A DNA stretch of 52,181 nucleotides, taken from the NCBI GenBank assembly GCA_900557645.1, contig USSZ01000001.1, positions 1 through 52,181 on the forward strand, read 5' to 3'. This document shows, piece after piece, positions 35,517 through 44,418 of this stretch. This stretch comes from an uncultured Eubacteriales bacterium. GTDB taxonomy: Bacteria; Bacillota; Clostridia; Christensenellales; UBA1242. The translations under genes and the position numbers were made by a program. Numbering within the stretch: position 1 is the first letter of the stretch; each line of letters starts with the position of its first letter. The notes beneath the pieces were generated by a model that had not been told where the DNA came from, ran no database searches, and saw only the letters and a program-made list of their open reading frames with translations.

Positions 35517-37052
35517 ATGAAATCATTATTTAAAACAGTGGCACTTATCACATTTTTTTCTTTCTTGACTAGAGTTGCAGGTTTTATTTTTAGAATAATT
35601 TTATCTCGTGTTGTAGGTGCAGAAGGTGTAGGTTTATATCAAGTCGCATCATCAGTATTTATGGTATTGATGGCAGTTGTATCAAGTGGTATACCTTTAA
35701 TTATATCAAGAATGAATGCAAGTTATATTGCAAATAAAGAAGAGAAAAAGGAAGGCTCTTTGGTTGCAGTATCATTAGTATTTACGCTTTTATTATCATT
35801 AATTTTATGTTTAGTGGTATTATTATTTAAAAGTCTTTTTGCTCAAATATTTACAGAGGCTAGATGTATAGAGATATTGATAATTTTGCTTCCAAGTTTA
35901 ATATTCTCTTCTGTTTATTGTGTTTTTAGAGGGGCGTTATGGGGGAGAGGTAACTATTTTGCTTTATGTGTTAGCGAATTTTATGAGCAAGTAGTTCGTA
36001 TTGTGCTTGGTGTTCTATTTATAAGTGCTTCTTTTTCTGCAATAGAAAATGCGTTAAACCTTGCATGGTCAATGACTATAGCATGTTTTCTTTCAATGAT
36101 TTTCGTTGTTCTTTTATTCTTTTATTATGGGGGAAAGATTGGGAAATTTAAAAAAGAATGCTTTAAACCTTTAGTAAAACAGTCTACTCCTATTACGACT
36201 ATGAGAGTTGCTGGCTCTTTTATTCAACCATTAATTGCTTTAATTGTTCCTGCCAGATTGATGACAATTGGTTATACAAGTTCTCAGGCTTTAAGTTTAT
36301 ATGGTGTTGCAGTCGGAATGACAATGCCATTATTATATATACCAACAACAATAATAGGTTCACTTTCAACGGCGCTTATACCTGATATTTCAAAAGCAGT
36401 AGCCCAAAATGATCATTCGCACATATCATCAAGGATTTCATCATCTATATTTTTTTCATTATTTATATCGGCATTATTTGTGCCTGCATTTTTAGGTATG
36501 GGAGAACTGGCAGGAGTGTTTTTATATGATAATATTTTAAGTGGGACTCTTCTTCAGTCTGCAGCATGGGTTCTTGTTCCTTTAGGACTTACAAATATAA
36601 CCTCAGGACTTTTAAATTCTTTAGGTCTAGAAAATAAATCATTTATAAATTTTTTGATAGGTGCTGTAGTAATGTTTTTGGCACTTTGGTTTTTACCACC
36701 ACTAATTGGAATAAATGCTTTAATATGGGCGATGGGCTTAAATTATTTAGTTACAGCAATATTAAATATAATTTTGTTAAAAAGAAAAACAAAATCAGAT
36801 TTTAAGATAATGCAATCAGTTGTTAAGGTGGTTTTGCTTTCTATCCCATCAGCAGCATTGACAGGATTTGTAGTAAGTCTTTGTGATTTTATTTTTCCGT
36901 TATTTATAACTCTTATGATTGGTGGAATTGTAAGCGTAGGGTCATTTGTTTTGCTTGCTGGAGTATTTAACTTAATTGATATTAAAGCATTTGTTATAAA
37001 AGCAAGCAAGAAATTTAAACCTATAAAATTAAAAACAAAAACAGCAAAATAG
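35517..37052 (+). CDS. MOP-superfamily flippase (SpoVB / YabM / MurJ-like polysaccharide biosynthesis protein)
   Basis: RBS GGAGAG. It has about 14 TM segments and an N-terminal FLTRVAGFIFRIILSRVVGAEGVGLYQVA typical of the SpoVB/MurJ family. Confidence 0.7.
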   Translation: MKSLFKTVALITFFSFLTRVAGFIFRIILSRVVGAEGVGLYQVASSVFMVLMAVVSSGIPLIISRMNASYIANKEEKKEGSLVAVSLVFTLLLSLILCLVVLLFKSLFAQIFTEARCIEILIILLPSLIFSSVYCVFRGALWGRGNYFALCVSEFYEQVVRIVLGVLFISASFSAIENALNLAWSMTIACFLSMIFVVLLFFYYGGKIGKFKKECFKPLVKQSTPITTMRVAGSFIQPLIALIVPARLMTIGYTSSQALSLYGVAVGMTMPLLYIPTTIIGSLSTALIPDISKAVAQNDHSHISSRISSSIFFSLFISALFVPAFLGMGELAGVFLYDNILSGTLLQSAAWVLVPLGLTNITSGLLNSLGLENKSFINFLIGAVVMFLALWFLPPLIGINALIWAMGLNYLVTAILNIILLKRKTKSDFKIMQSVVKVVLLSIPSAALTGFVVSLCDFIFPLFITLMIGGIVSVGSFVLLAGVFNLIDIKAFVIKASKKFKPIKLKTKTAK

Positions 37053-37084
37053 TATAAAATATAAAAAATGTTTATACTAAAAAT

Positions 37085-37807
37085 ATGTTAACAATAATAA
37101 TAAGGTCGATAATTATATATTTAATTGTGCTTTTGGTTTTTAGGTTGATGGGGAAAAGACAATTAGGTCAAATGCAACCATTTGAACTTGTCTTAACTCT
37201 TATTATTGCAGATTTAGCAACAATACCAATGGCAGAGGTCGCCGTTCCAGTATTACATGGGATTGTGCCTTTATTAACTTTAGTTGTATTGCATTTTGTT
37301 TTGACACTAATTAGTCGAAACAGTCAAAAATTTTCTAAAATAATTAGTGGAAAACCTGTTATAATAATTAATCCAAAAGGTATAGATTATAATGCAATGA
37401 AAAAATTAAACCTTTCGACAGATGACTTGTTTGCGGCACTTCGTGAATGTGGATATTTTAACATATCACAAATACAATACGCAATAATGGAAACAAATGG
37501 AAAGGTTAGTGTGATGCCAAAAGCAGAATTTTCTCCTGCAACAAATGGTGATTTGAATAATAATGTGCAAGATGGTTATTTGCCTATAGTTCTTGTTAGT
37601 GAAGGAAAAATAATAAAAGAAAATATTGCTCTTGCAGGTTTTTCTGAAGAAAAAGTGATGAAATTAATAAAAGAAAATTCAAATAAGAAAGAAGTTAGAT
37701 TAAAAGATGTTCTTCTTTTGACAGTTGACCAAACTGGACAGGCATATATTCAATTTAAAATAGGTGAAGGAAAAACTTTTACCACTGAAAGGTTGGTGAA
37801 AGCATGA
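37085..37807 (+). CDS. DUF421 (YetF-family) membrane protein
   Basis: RLMGKRQLGQMQPFELVLTLIIADLA is the signature start of DUF421/YetF proteins, which are spore-associated in Bacillus. Confidence 0.75.
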   Translation: MLTIIIRSIIIYLIVLLVFRLMGKRQLGQMQPFELVLTLIIADLATIPMAEVAVPVLHGIVPLLTLVVLHFVLTLISRNSQKFSKIISGKPVIIINPKGIDYNAMKKLNLSTDDLFAALRECGYFNISQIQYAIMETNGKVSVMPKAEFSPATNGDLNNNVQDGYLPIVLVSEGKIIKENIALAGFSEEKVMKLIKENSNKKEVRLKDVLLLTVDQTGQAYIQFKIGEGKTFTTERLVKA

Positions 37808-38199
37808 AAGTTTTTCATTACATCAATTTCATATTAATATTTCTTTTGCTTGTAGGTATTTGTGTTGCTGAAGATATACTTGTTTCAAATTCTCTAGCCG
37901 AAATCCAAAAACAATGTTATAAAATTGAAAAACTTGTTGATGAAAAAGAAAATTTGAAAAATACTGAGGTTGTTTTGGCTGTTGATAATTTAGAATATAT
38001 GTGGCATGAAGATGAATCAAATATGTGTTATTTAGTAAACCATAAATCTATTCAAGAAATAGGACAGGAGATTGCAAGAATAAAACTATATATTTCAGAA
38101 GACAATGTTAATGATTTTTTAGCATCACTTGATACAATAAAGTTTTATTGTCATAGTTATCTTCATTTTATGGGTGCTAATATGCATAATGTGTTGTAG
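37804..38199 (+). CDS. DUF4363-like small membrane-anchored protein
   Basis: It has an ATGA overlap with the DUF421 gene, which is the usual DUF421-DUF4363 pairing. It has an N-terminal TM segment. The assignment rests on context and size only. Confidence 0.45.
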   Translation: MKVFHYINFILIFLLLVGICVAEDILVSNSLAEIQKQCYKIEKLVDEKENLKNTEVVLAVDNLEYMWHEDESNMCYLVNHKSIQEIGQEIARIKLYISEDNVNDFLASLDTIKFYCHSYLHFMGANMHNVL

Positions 38200-38211
38200 T
38201 ATAAATGAAAT

Positions 38212-38256
38212 AAAAAAAAGAACATTTACTAATTTCTTTTAAATGTTCTTTTTTAA
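38212..38256. terminator. bidirectional terminator
   Basis: AAGAACATTT-N12-AAATGTTCTT flanked by A- and T-runs. Confidence 0.75.
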
Positions 38257-38263
38257 ATGAATT

Positions 38264-39394
38264 TTACCATACTTTTTCTTTCTTTTTTCGGACAACTGCA
38301 ATTATGGTTACGATTAAAATTGATAATATAACTGCACCTATAATTATGTAAACAACGACCATACCATCAATGGTTAAACCTGTTTCTACTTCAATTATAA
38401 GGTTGCTTTGCACTGGGCTTTCTGTGCCATGACTTTGATATTCACACCATACTTGCCATTTACCTGAGATTTCGTTGTCATTAAAATAAAATGTTGTGCC
38501 TGTTCTATCAATGCTTTCATAAATAGAGGCAGTGCAGTCAGTAAAGTTTCCTTTCCCAACATCGCTTGATGTTAATGCATATTTTGTTCCATCTTTTCCT
38601 TCACCTTTTACATACCAAACTAGGGCAGATTTATCAATATATTTGTAAATATCAGCATTTTCAAGATAAAAATTAAATGAGTCATGCATAGAATTATCAC
38701 TACTTACAATACTATAGTTTATTTTTGGTTGTTCTGATATTAAAAGGTCGGGTTGAACAACAAAGAAATCAGATACGACTTCAGATCCATTTACATCAAG
38801 GGTAAAACGATAAATTCCCCATTCTTTTATAGTAACAACTTCTTGTGTTGTTTTGTCAATTCCTCTTTCACCTGTATCAATATTTAATTTATATTTATTT
38901 GTTATTAAATTTTTATAACTATTTTCTCCATGTTGGGTAATTGTATAAACATTTTCAAGAGTAATAGTATCACTAACATTAAAGTTTCCTTCATCAGTAT
39001 AACCTTGAAGATAACTAATAGAAATATTCATAGTATAGATAATGTTTTCTGGCAATTCTTCTTTGCCTTCTTCATATTTAATTGGAGGAGGATTTGACTC
39101 GTCAGGGGAATAATAAATAGAAAATTCTTTTAAATCAGTCCAATTAATGGTGTAAGCCTTTCCACCTGAATAATCTATAGGATTTTCTAATGAAATTAAA
39201 GAATCTTCTCTGTTATATGCTTGAACTATTAGGTTATCTCTTTGTATTTCTGTTTGAGAATTTTGGTCTTGTTCAGCAGTTTCATTTTCATCAGCAAAAC
39301 TTGAAAAAGGAATGTATGAAACAGATAACAAAATAATAAGTAAAAAAGCGAAAAATGTTATTAAGATATTTTTTCGATTAATTTTTTTAATCAT
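38264..39394 (-). CDS. secreted/cell-surface hypothetical protein with N-terminal signal anchor and C-terminal TM
   Basis: AAGGAGA lies 6 nt before the ATG at 39394 (MIKKINRK), so the track ORF start at 39427 is probably too long. It ends in a C-terminal TM segment plus RKKKEK. Confidence 0.55.
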   Translation of the reverse strand: MIKKINRKNILITFFAFLLIILLSVSYIPFSSFADENETAEQDQNSQTEIQRDNLIVQAYNREDSLISLENPIDYSGGKAYTINWTDLKEFSIYYSPDESNPPPIKYEEGKEELPENIIYTMNISISYLQGYTDEGNFNVSDTITLENVYTITQHGENSYKNLITNKYKLNIDTGERGIDKTTQEVVTIKEWGIYRFTLDVNGSEVVSDFFVVQPDLLISEQPKINYSIVSSDNSMHDSFNFYLENADIYKYIDKSALVWYVKGEGKDGTKYALTSSDVGKGNFTDCTASIYESIDRTGTTFYFNDNEISGKWQVWCEYQSHGTESPVQSNLIIEVETGLTIDGMVVVYIIIGAVILSILIVTIIAVVRKKKEKVW

Positions 39395-39531
39395 ATATCT
39401 CTCCTTTTTATAAATAAATAATAGCATAAATAAATAATTAAATAAAATGATTTTAATATATTTAAAAATATTATATAAAATATTTACAATTTTATAATGT
39501 ATTTAATTTGACATTTTAATACTATTAATTG

Positions 39532-39560
39532 TTGACAAACATTTTTTAAAAATATATACT
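39532..39560 (+). promoter_or_regulatory. sigmaA promoter abutting the ATG (leaderless candidate)
   Basis: TTGACA-17-TATACT. The ATG at 39567 lies 7 nt after the -10, with no SD sequence. Confidence 0.45.
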
Positions 39561-39566
39561 TAAAAT

Positions 39567-40433
39567 ATGGAAACTGAAGAAATTGATTTAATGGTAAGTG
39601 AAAATCAAGTTTCATTTGATTTTGACTCTCTTGATAAAGTTGAAGAGGAGGAAAGTTCGCTATTTCCACAATCTCTTTTAAAACCTATCAATCATGATTA
39701 TATAAAAGATGAAGTTTTGTTTGTTGTTGCAAGGGTGTTTAATAAAGAACTTGTAAAAGATTTTCCATACTTAAAAATTTGTGGAAAGAAAATGATTGAT
39801 TGGGTTCTTTTAGCAGGAAGTGAGTGTGAACAAAAAGTAATAGATGATTGCGATAATTTGCTTGATAAAGTTAGATCTATAAATACGAATAAACCTATTA
39901 TAGCAGTTTTTTATTCTGATACACCATTGCTTGATAAAATCACATTTAATAAAATTATTGATTATTTTTCATCTAAAGGAATGAATTTTTTACAGTTATC
40001 AAGAGGTTTTATTGTTAAAACTGAATACTTAAAAAGTATGTCAGAGTTTGTTCAAGGGGCAACAGTAAGTGGATTTGACGAGAAAAAATTATTACAAGTA
40101 GATAGTGCAAAACTAATTAATTATGTAAGTTCTCTTTTATATAATAAAATTATCAATTATCATATTAATAATGGTGTTATTATATATGGACAAAACACTG
40201 TTTTTATTGATGCAGATGTAGAAATAGAAGCAGGGGTTATAATTTATCCTAATAATGTAATAGAAGGAATGAGTATTATAGAAAAGGGTGCTGTTTTGAA
40301 TTGTGGTAATGTCATAAAGGATAGTATAATTGGCAATGACTGCCAATTAAGTAATAGTTATATTGAAAAAAGTAAAATAAATAAAGGTGTAATAGTAAAA
40401 CCAAAAAGTTTAATAATAAACCAAGAGGTTTAA
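39567..40433 (+). CDS. GlmU-like protein, degenerate and C-terminally short (nucleotidyltransferase-like fold + few left-handed beta-helix repeats)
   Basis: IDADVEIEAGVIIYPNNVIEGMSIIEKGAVLNCGNVIKDSIIGNDCQLSNSYIEKSKINKGVIV aligns to the GlmU LbH region. The GxGTRM P-loop is absent. It occupies the glmU position before pth-mfd. Confidence 0.5.
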   Translation: METEEIDLMVSENQVSFDFDSLDKVEEEESSLFPQSLLKPINHDYIKDEVLFVVARVFNKELVKDFPYLKICGKKMIDWVLLAGSECEQKVIDDCDNLLDKVRSINTNKPIIAVFYSDTPLLDKITFNKIIDYFSSKGMNFLQLSRGFIVKTEYLKSMSEFVQGATVSGFDEKKLLQVDSAKLINYVSSLLYNKIINYHINNGVIIYGQNTVFIDADVEIEAGVIIYPNNVIEGMSIIEKGAVLNCGNVIKDSIIGNDCQLSNSYIEKSKINKGVIVKPKSLIINQEV

Positions 40434-40474
40434 AAATACTTGCAAAAATGTTAAAATAAAGAAGGTTATTTATA

Positions 40475-40987
40475 ATGATAATTATAGTGGGACTAGGTAA
40501 TATTGGTATCCAATATAAAAATACATTTCATAATATAGGTTTTAAAGTAATTGATTATCTCTCACAAAAGTTGTCAATAGATGTATCAAAAGAAAAGTAT
40601 AAGTCTTTAATTGGACAAGGGACTTTTAATGGACAATCAATTATGCTTGTTAAACCTACTACTTATATGAATAATAGTGGAGAAGCAGTTGTATTATTAA
40701 AAAATAAATTTAAAGATGCAAGAATTATCGTTGCTGTTGATGATATCGACCTTCCAAAAGGAAAAATAAGATATAGGGAAAGAGGAAAATCAGGAACGCA
40801 TAACGGACTTCGCTCAATTGTGTCATATATAGGTGAAGAATTTGAAAGAGTTAGAGTAGGTATTGGCAGAGATGAAACAAAAGATTTGGCAGATTATGTT
40901 TTATCAAATATCAGACTAGACGAAGAGGATATATTTGAAAAAGCAGTGAAAGATGCTGGCGATATGATATTGGAGAAAATTTCTTGA
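40475..40987 (+). CDS. pth: peptidyl-tRNA hydrolase
   Basis: It has GLGNIGIQYKNTFHNIGF, YMNNSGEAV and GTHNGLRSI, the canonical Pth motifs. Confidence 0.92.
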   Translation: MIIIVGLGNIGIQYKNTFHNIGFKVIDYLSQKLSIDVSKEKYKSLIGQGTFNGQSIMLVKPTTYMNNSGEAVVLLKNKFKDARIIVAVDDIDLPKGKIRYRERGKSGTHNGLRSIVSYIGEEFERVRVGIGRDETKDLADYVLSNIRLDEEDIFEKAVKDAGDMILEKIS

Positions 40988-43900
40988 AATATTTAGAATT
41001 AGATTTAAAAAATGTTTTACAGAATAATAGAATAATTTCAGGATTAGGAGATGGTGAAAAAATAGTTTTATTACAACAATTTGACCATCTACTTTTTTTG
41101 TGCAATAATTTTGTTAGTGCTGGGAAAATAAAAAGAGGGCTTGAAGCATTTGGGAAGAAGGTAGAGATTATATCAAGTGCGAGAGAAAGTAAAGATGAAG
41201 AAGATAAAAATCTTTTGCCATTTGTAAAAAGTTTAAATAGATATTTTTCTGGAGAGATTGATGGTCTTATATTTTTACCATGTTCAATGATAATTAAATT
41301 TGATAAAGAAAAGTTTAAGCCTATCCATATTGAAAAAAATCAAGAAATTGATTTGCAAAATCTGGTTGAAAAGTTAGTAGGTTTAGGTTTTGAAAGAACA
41401 TCACTTGTATCACAAGCAGGACAGTTTGCTTTAAGGGGCGATATTTTAGATATTTTTACAACCACTAATGAAAAACCTATTAGAATTGAGTTTTTTGATA
41501 ATTTAATAGAAACTATAAGTGTATTTGATGAAAATACAATGAAAAATATTGAAAAAATAGATGAATTTGACATTTTTATTTCAAAATTACCTTTGGGTGA
41601 AAATAATATTTTTGATTTAGATGGAATTAAAATTGTTGATCAACCGAAGATGATTGATGAAGAAATCACACTTTTAAAGCAAAGTTATAGTGCAATGTCT
41701 TTTTATGATTATAAATTTTATGAAGATTTTGAAAATTTATATAACAAATCTGATTTCATATTTGATAATTTTCAAATTGAAGAACCTGATTATTTTAATG
41801 AAAGAGTTGCAGAAAGAAGTTATCTTACAGATTTTTTAGCATTAAAACAAGATATTATTGATTTCAAAAATTTAAATCAAGCAATATTACTTTTTACAGG
41901 CGAAGAGCGATTTAAAAATAATTTAGAAAGTTTTTTGACGGAAAACGGACTTGCATGGAAAAATTATTCTATAAATGAAAAACTTGAAATAGGAAATATA
42001 TATTTGTCAACTCTGTCAATGCCTTACTCTTTTTCATTTTTAAAAGAAGGCATTGTTGCAGTTGGTTGCGATATGCTCTTTAGGTCAACAAATATCACTT
42101 TTTCAAAGAGTAAGCATTCAGTTTTTTATTTACCAAAATTAGGAGAATATGTAGTCCATTCTTTTCATGGTATTGGAAAATGTATTAAAATTGAAAGACT
42201 TAAAATTTCAGATGTTGAAAAAGATTATTTTGTAATAGAATATAAAAATGGTGATATTTTATATCTTCCAAGTGAAGAGGCTAATACAATATCTGCTTAT
42301 GTTGGAAGTGAAACAGAGCCAAAATTATCTTCACTTGGTGGCGGGGAATTTGCTAGGCTGAAAGATAGAGTAAAGGCAAGCATTAAAGAGATGGCGATAT
42401 CTTTGGTCGAGATTTACAAAGAGCGTCAACAAATAAAAGGTTTTGCTTTCAAAAGAGATGATTTTCTTGAAAAGAAATTTGCAGATGCTTTTGGTTTTGC
42501 AGAAACACCAGACCAATTAATGGCTATTCATGATATTGATAAAGATATGGAAAACGATAAAGTGATGGAAAGATTAATTTGTGGAGATGTGGGGTTTGGT
42601 AAAACAGAAGTTGCACTTAGGGCTTGTTTTAAATGTGCTTACAATGGGAAACAAATAGCACTTCTTTGTCCTACAACAATTTTGTCTGAACAGCATTATA
42701 GAACTGCAAAAGAAAGGCTTGAGCCTTTTGGTGTTCGGGTAGAAGTATTAAATAGATTTAAAAATCAATCACAGGTAAAAGATATTTTAATGAAACTTGA
42801 AAATGGCGAAATAGATATGATTATAGGCACTCATAGAATATTAAGTGGAGATATAAAATATCATGATTTGGGGCTATTGATTTTAGATGAAGAACAAAGA
42901 TTTGGCGTAGAGCATAAAGAAAAAATCAAAGATAAATATAGAAATATTGATGTATTAACATTGTCAGCAACACCTATACCACGAACATTAAATATGTCTT
43001 TGTCTGGCATTAGGGATATCTCAATAATTGAAACACCACCTAAGGATAGATTGCCTGTTCAAACATATTTAGCAGAGGAAAGCGATCAACTTATAAAAGA
43101 TGTTATTTCAAGAGAACTTGCAAGAGGAGGACAAGCATTTGTTGTATATAATAGGGTTGAAACCATAGAAGAATTTGCGTCTTATTTACGTAAATTATTA
43201 CCAAATGCAAATATAGGCGTTGCACATGGACAAATGCATGAAAAGTTGCTAGAAAATGTAATTGAACGTCTTTATGAAGGTGTATATAATGTTTTAGTTT
43301 CAACTACTTTAATTGAAAATGGAATAAATTTACCATCTGCAAATACAATGGTTGTGATTGAGGCAGATAGATTAGGATTAAGTCAACTTTATCAATTAAG
43401 GGGAAGAATAGGACGAAGTGATAGATTAAGTTATGCATATCTTACTTATGTTAAAGATAAACATTTGACAGAAGAGGCATATCAAAGACTTGAAGCAATA
43501 AAACAATTCAGTCAACTAGGAAGTGGTTTTAAAATTGCAATGAGAGATTTGGAAATTCGAGGTGCTGGGAATATATTTGGGAAAGAACAGCATGGTCATA
43601 TAGCAAAGGTTGGTTATGATATGTTTGTTAAACTTCTAGATGAAGAAGTGAAAGAACTTAAGGGTGAAAAGATAAATAGAAAGAGTGATGTAAAACTTGA
43701 AATATCGCTTAGTGCCTTTATAAGTGAAAAATACATTGAAGATAGTGAACAAAGAATTGTTTATTATTCAAGAATAAGTGAAATTTCTTCTCAAAATGAG
43801 TTGCAAAATGTGATTTCAAGTCTAAAAGATGGTTATGGAGAAGTGCCAATAGAGATAAAAAATCTGTGTAATTTGGCTTACCTTAGAAATCTTGCAAGTA

Positions 43901-44121
43901 ATTTTGATGTAGAAAAGATAAGAATAAATAAATATGAGTGCTTTATAGCATTTAAGAAAAAAGAAGAGATATTAGATAAGAATATCGCTGATAATTTAAG
44001 CGAATTTAATGCAAAATTAAGTTTTGATAGTTCTGTTAAAGTTAAATTTAATGTTGACAAAAATATAGAGAATCAAGTCCAAAATTTAATCAGATTTTTT
44101 GAAAAGGCAAATGAAAAGTAA
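40984..44121 (+). CDS. mfd: transcription-repair coupling factor Mfd (short N-terminal region)
   Basis: TTG start overlapping the pth stop. It has the RNAP-interacting motif VVHSFHGIGK, the helicase motifs GDVGFGKTE, LILDEEQRFG and LSATPIPRT, and the TRG motif QLRGRIGRS. Confidence 0.92.
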   Translation: MKYLELDLKNVLQNNRIISGLGDGEKIVLLQQFDHLLFLCNNFVSAGKIKRGLEAFGKKVEIISSARESKDEEDKNLLPFVKSLNRYFSGEIDGLIFLPCSMIIKFDKEKFKPIHIEKNQEIDLQNLVEKLVGLGFERTSLVSQAGQFALRGDILDIFTTTNEKPIRIEFFDNLIETISVFDENTMKNIEKIDEFDIFISKLPLGENNIFDLDGIKIVDQPKMIDEEITLLKQSYSAMSFYDYKFYEDFENLYNKSDFIFDNFQIEEPDYFNERVAERSYLTDFLALKQDIIDFKNLNQAILLFTGEERFKNNLESFLTENGLAWKNYSINEKLEIGNIYLSTLSMPYSFSFLKEGIVAVGCDMLFRSTNITFSKSKHSVFYLPKLGEYVVHSFHGIGKCIKIERLKISDVEKDYFVIEYKNGDILYLPSEEANTISAYVGSETEPKLSSLGGGEFARLKDRVKASIKEMAISLVEIYKERQQIKGFAFKRDDFLEKKFADAFGFAETPDQLMAIHDIDKDMENDKVMERLICGDVGFGKTEVALRACFKCAYNGKQIALLCPTTILSEQHYRTAKERLEPFGVRVEVLNRFKNQSQVKDILMKLENGEIDMIIGTHRILSGDIKYHDLGLLILDEEQRFGVEHKEKIKDKYRNIDVLTLSATPIPRTLNMSLSGIRDISIIETPPKDRLPVQTYLAEESDQLIKDVISRELARGGQAFVVYNRVETIEEFASYLRKLLPNANIGVAHGQMHEKLLENVIERLYEGVYNVLVSTTLIENGINLPSANTMVVIEADRLGLSQLYQLRGRIGRSDRLSYAYLTYVKDKHLTEEAYQRLEAIKQFSQLGSGFKIAMRDLEIRGAGNIFGKEQHGHIAKVGYDMFVKLLDEEVKELKGEKINRKSDVKLEISLSAFISEKYIEDSEQRIVYYSRISEISSQNELQNVISSLKDGYGEVPIEIKNLCNLAYLRNLASNFDVEKIRINKYECFIAFKKKEEILDKNIADNLSEFNAKLSFDSSVKVKFNVDKNIENQVQNLIRFFEKANEK

Positions 44122-44316
44122 ATTATTTAGAAATAATAATTTGATAGAAAAGAGATTTATGAGATAAATATAAACAAACTTAAATTTATTAAGCAAAAAA
44201 GTATTTTTATTTATTTATATTTTATTTAAGTGAATTAACTTATATATTTTTTATAAAATCATTTAATTTGCTTGAAATTTTAATTGATATTATGGTATTA
44301 TACATTGTGAGTTTAA

Positions 44317-44351
44317 TAAGTATTAATAATGGTAATATTTATTAATACTTA
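44317..44351. repeat. perfect 13-bp inverted repeat (A/T-rich) in the 5' region of the PrsA-like gene
   Basis: TAAGTATTAATAA-N9-TTATTAATACTTA lies downstream of a TTGAAA...TGgTATTAT promoter-like element. Confidence 0.6.
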
Positions 44352-44418
44352 ATATCAAAAAAATGTTTTTAAATCAGTGTGGTTTTGTCAATAATATTAC
44401 TTGAAACGTGGAGTGAAA

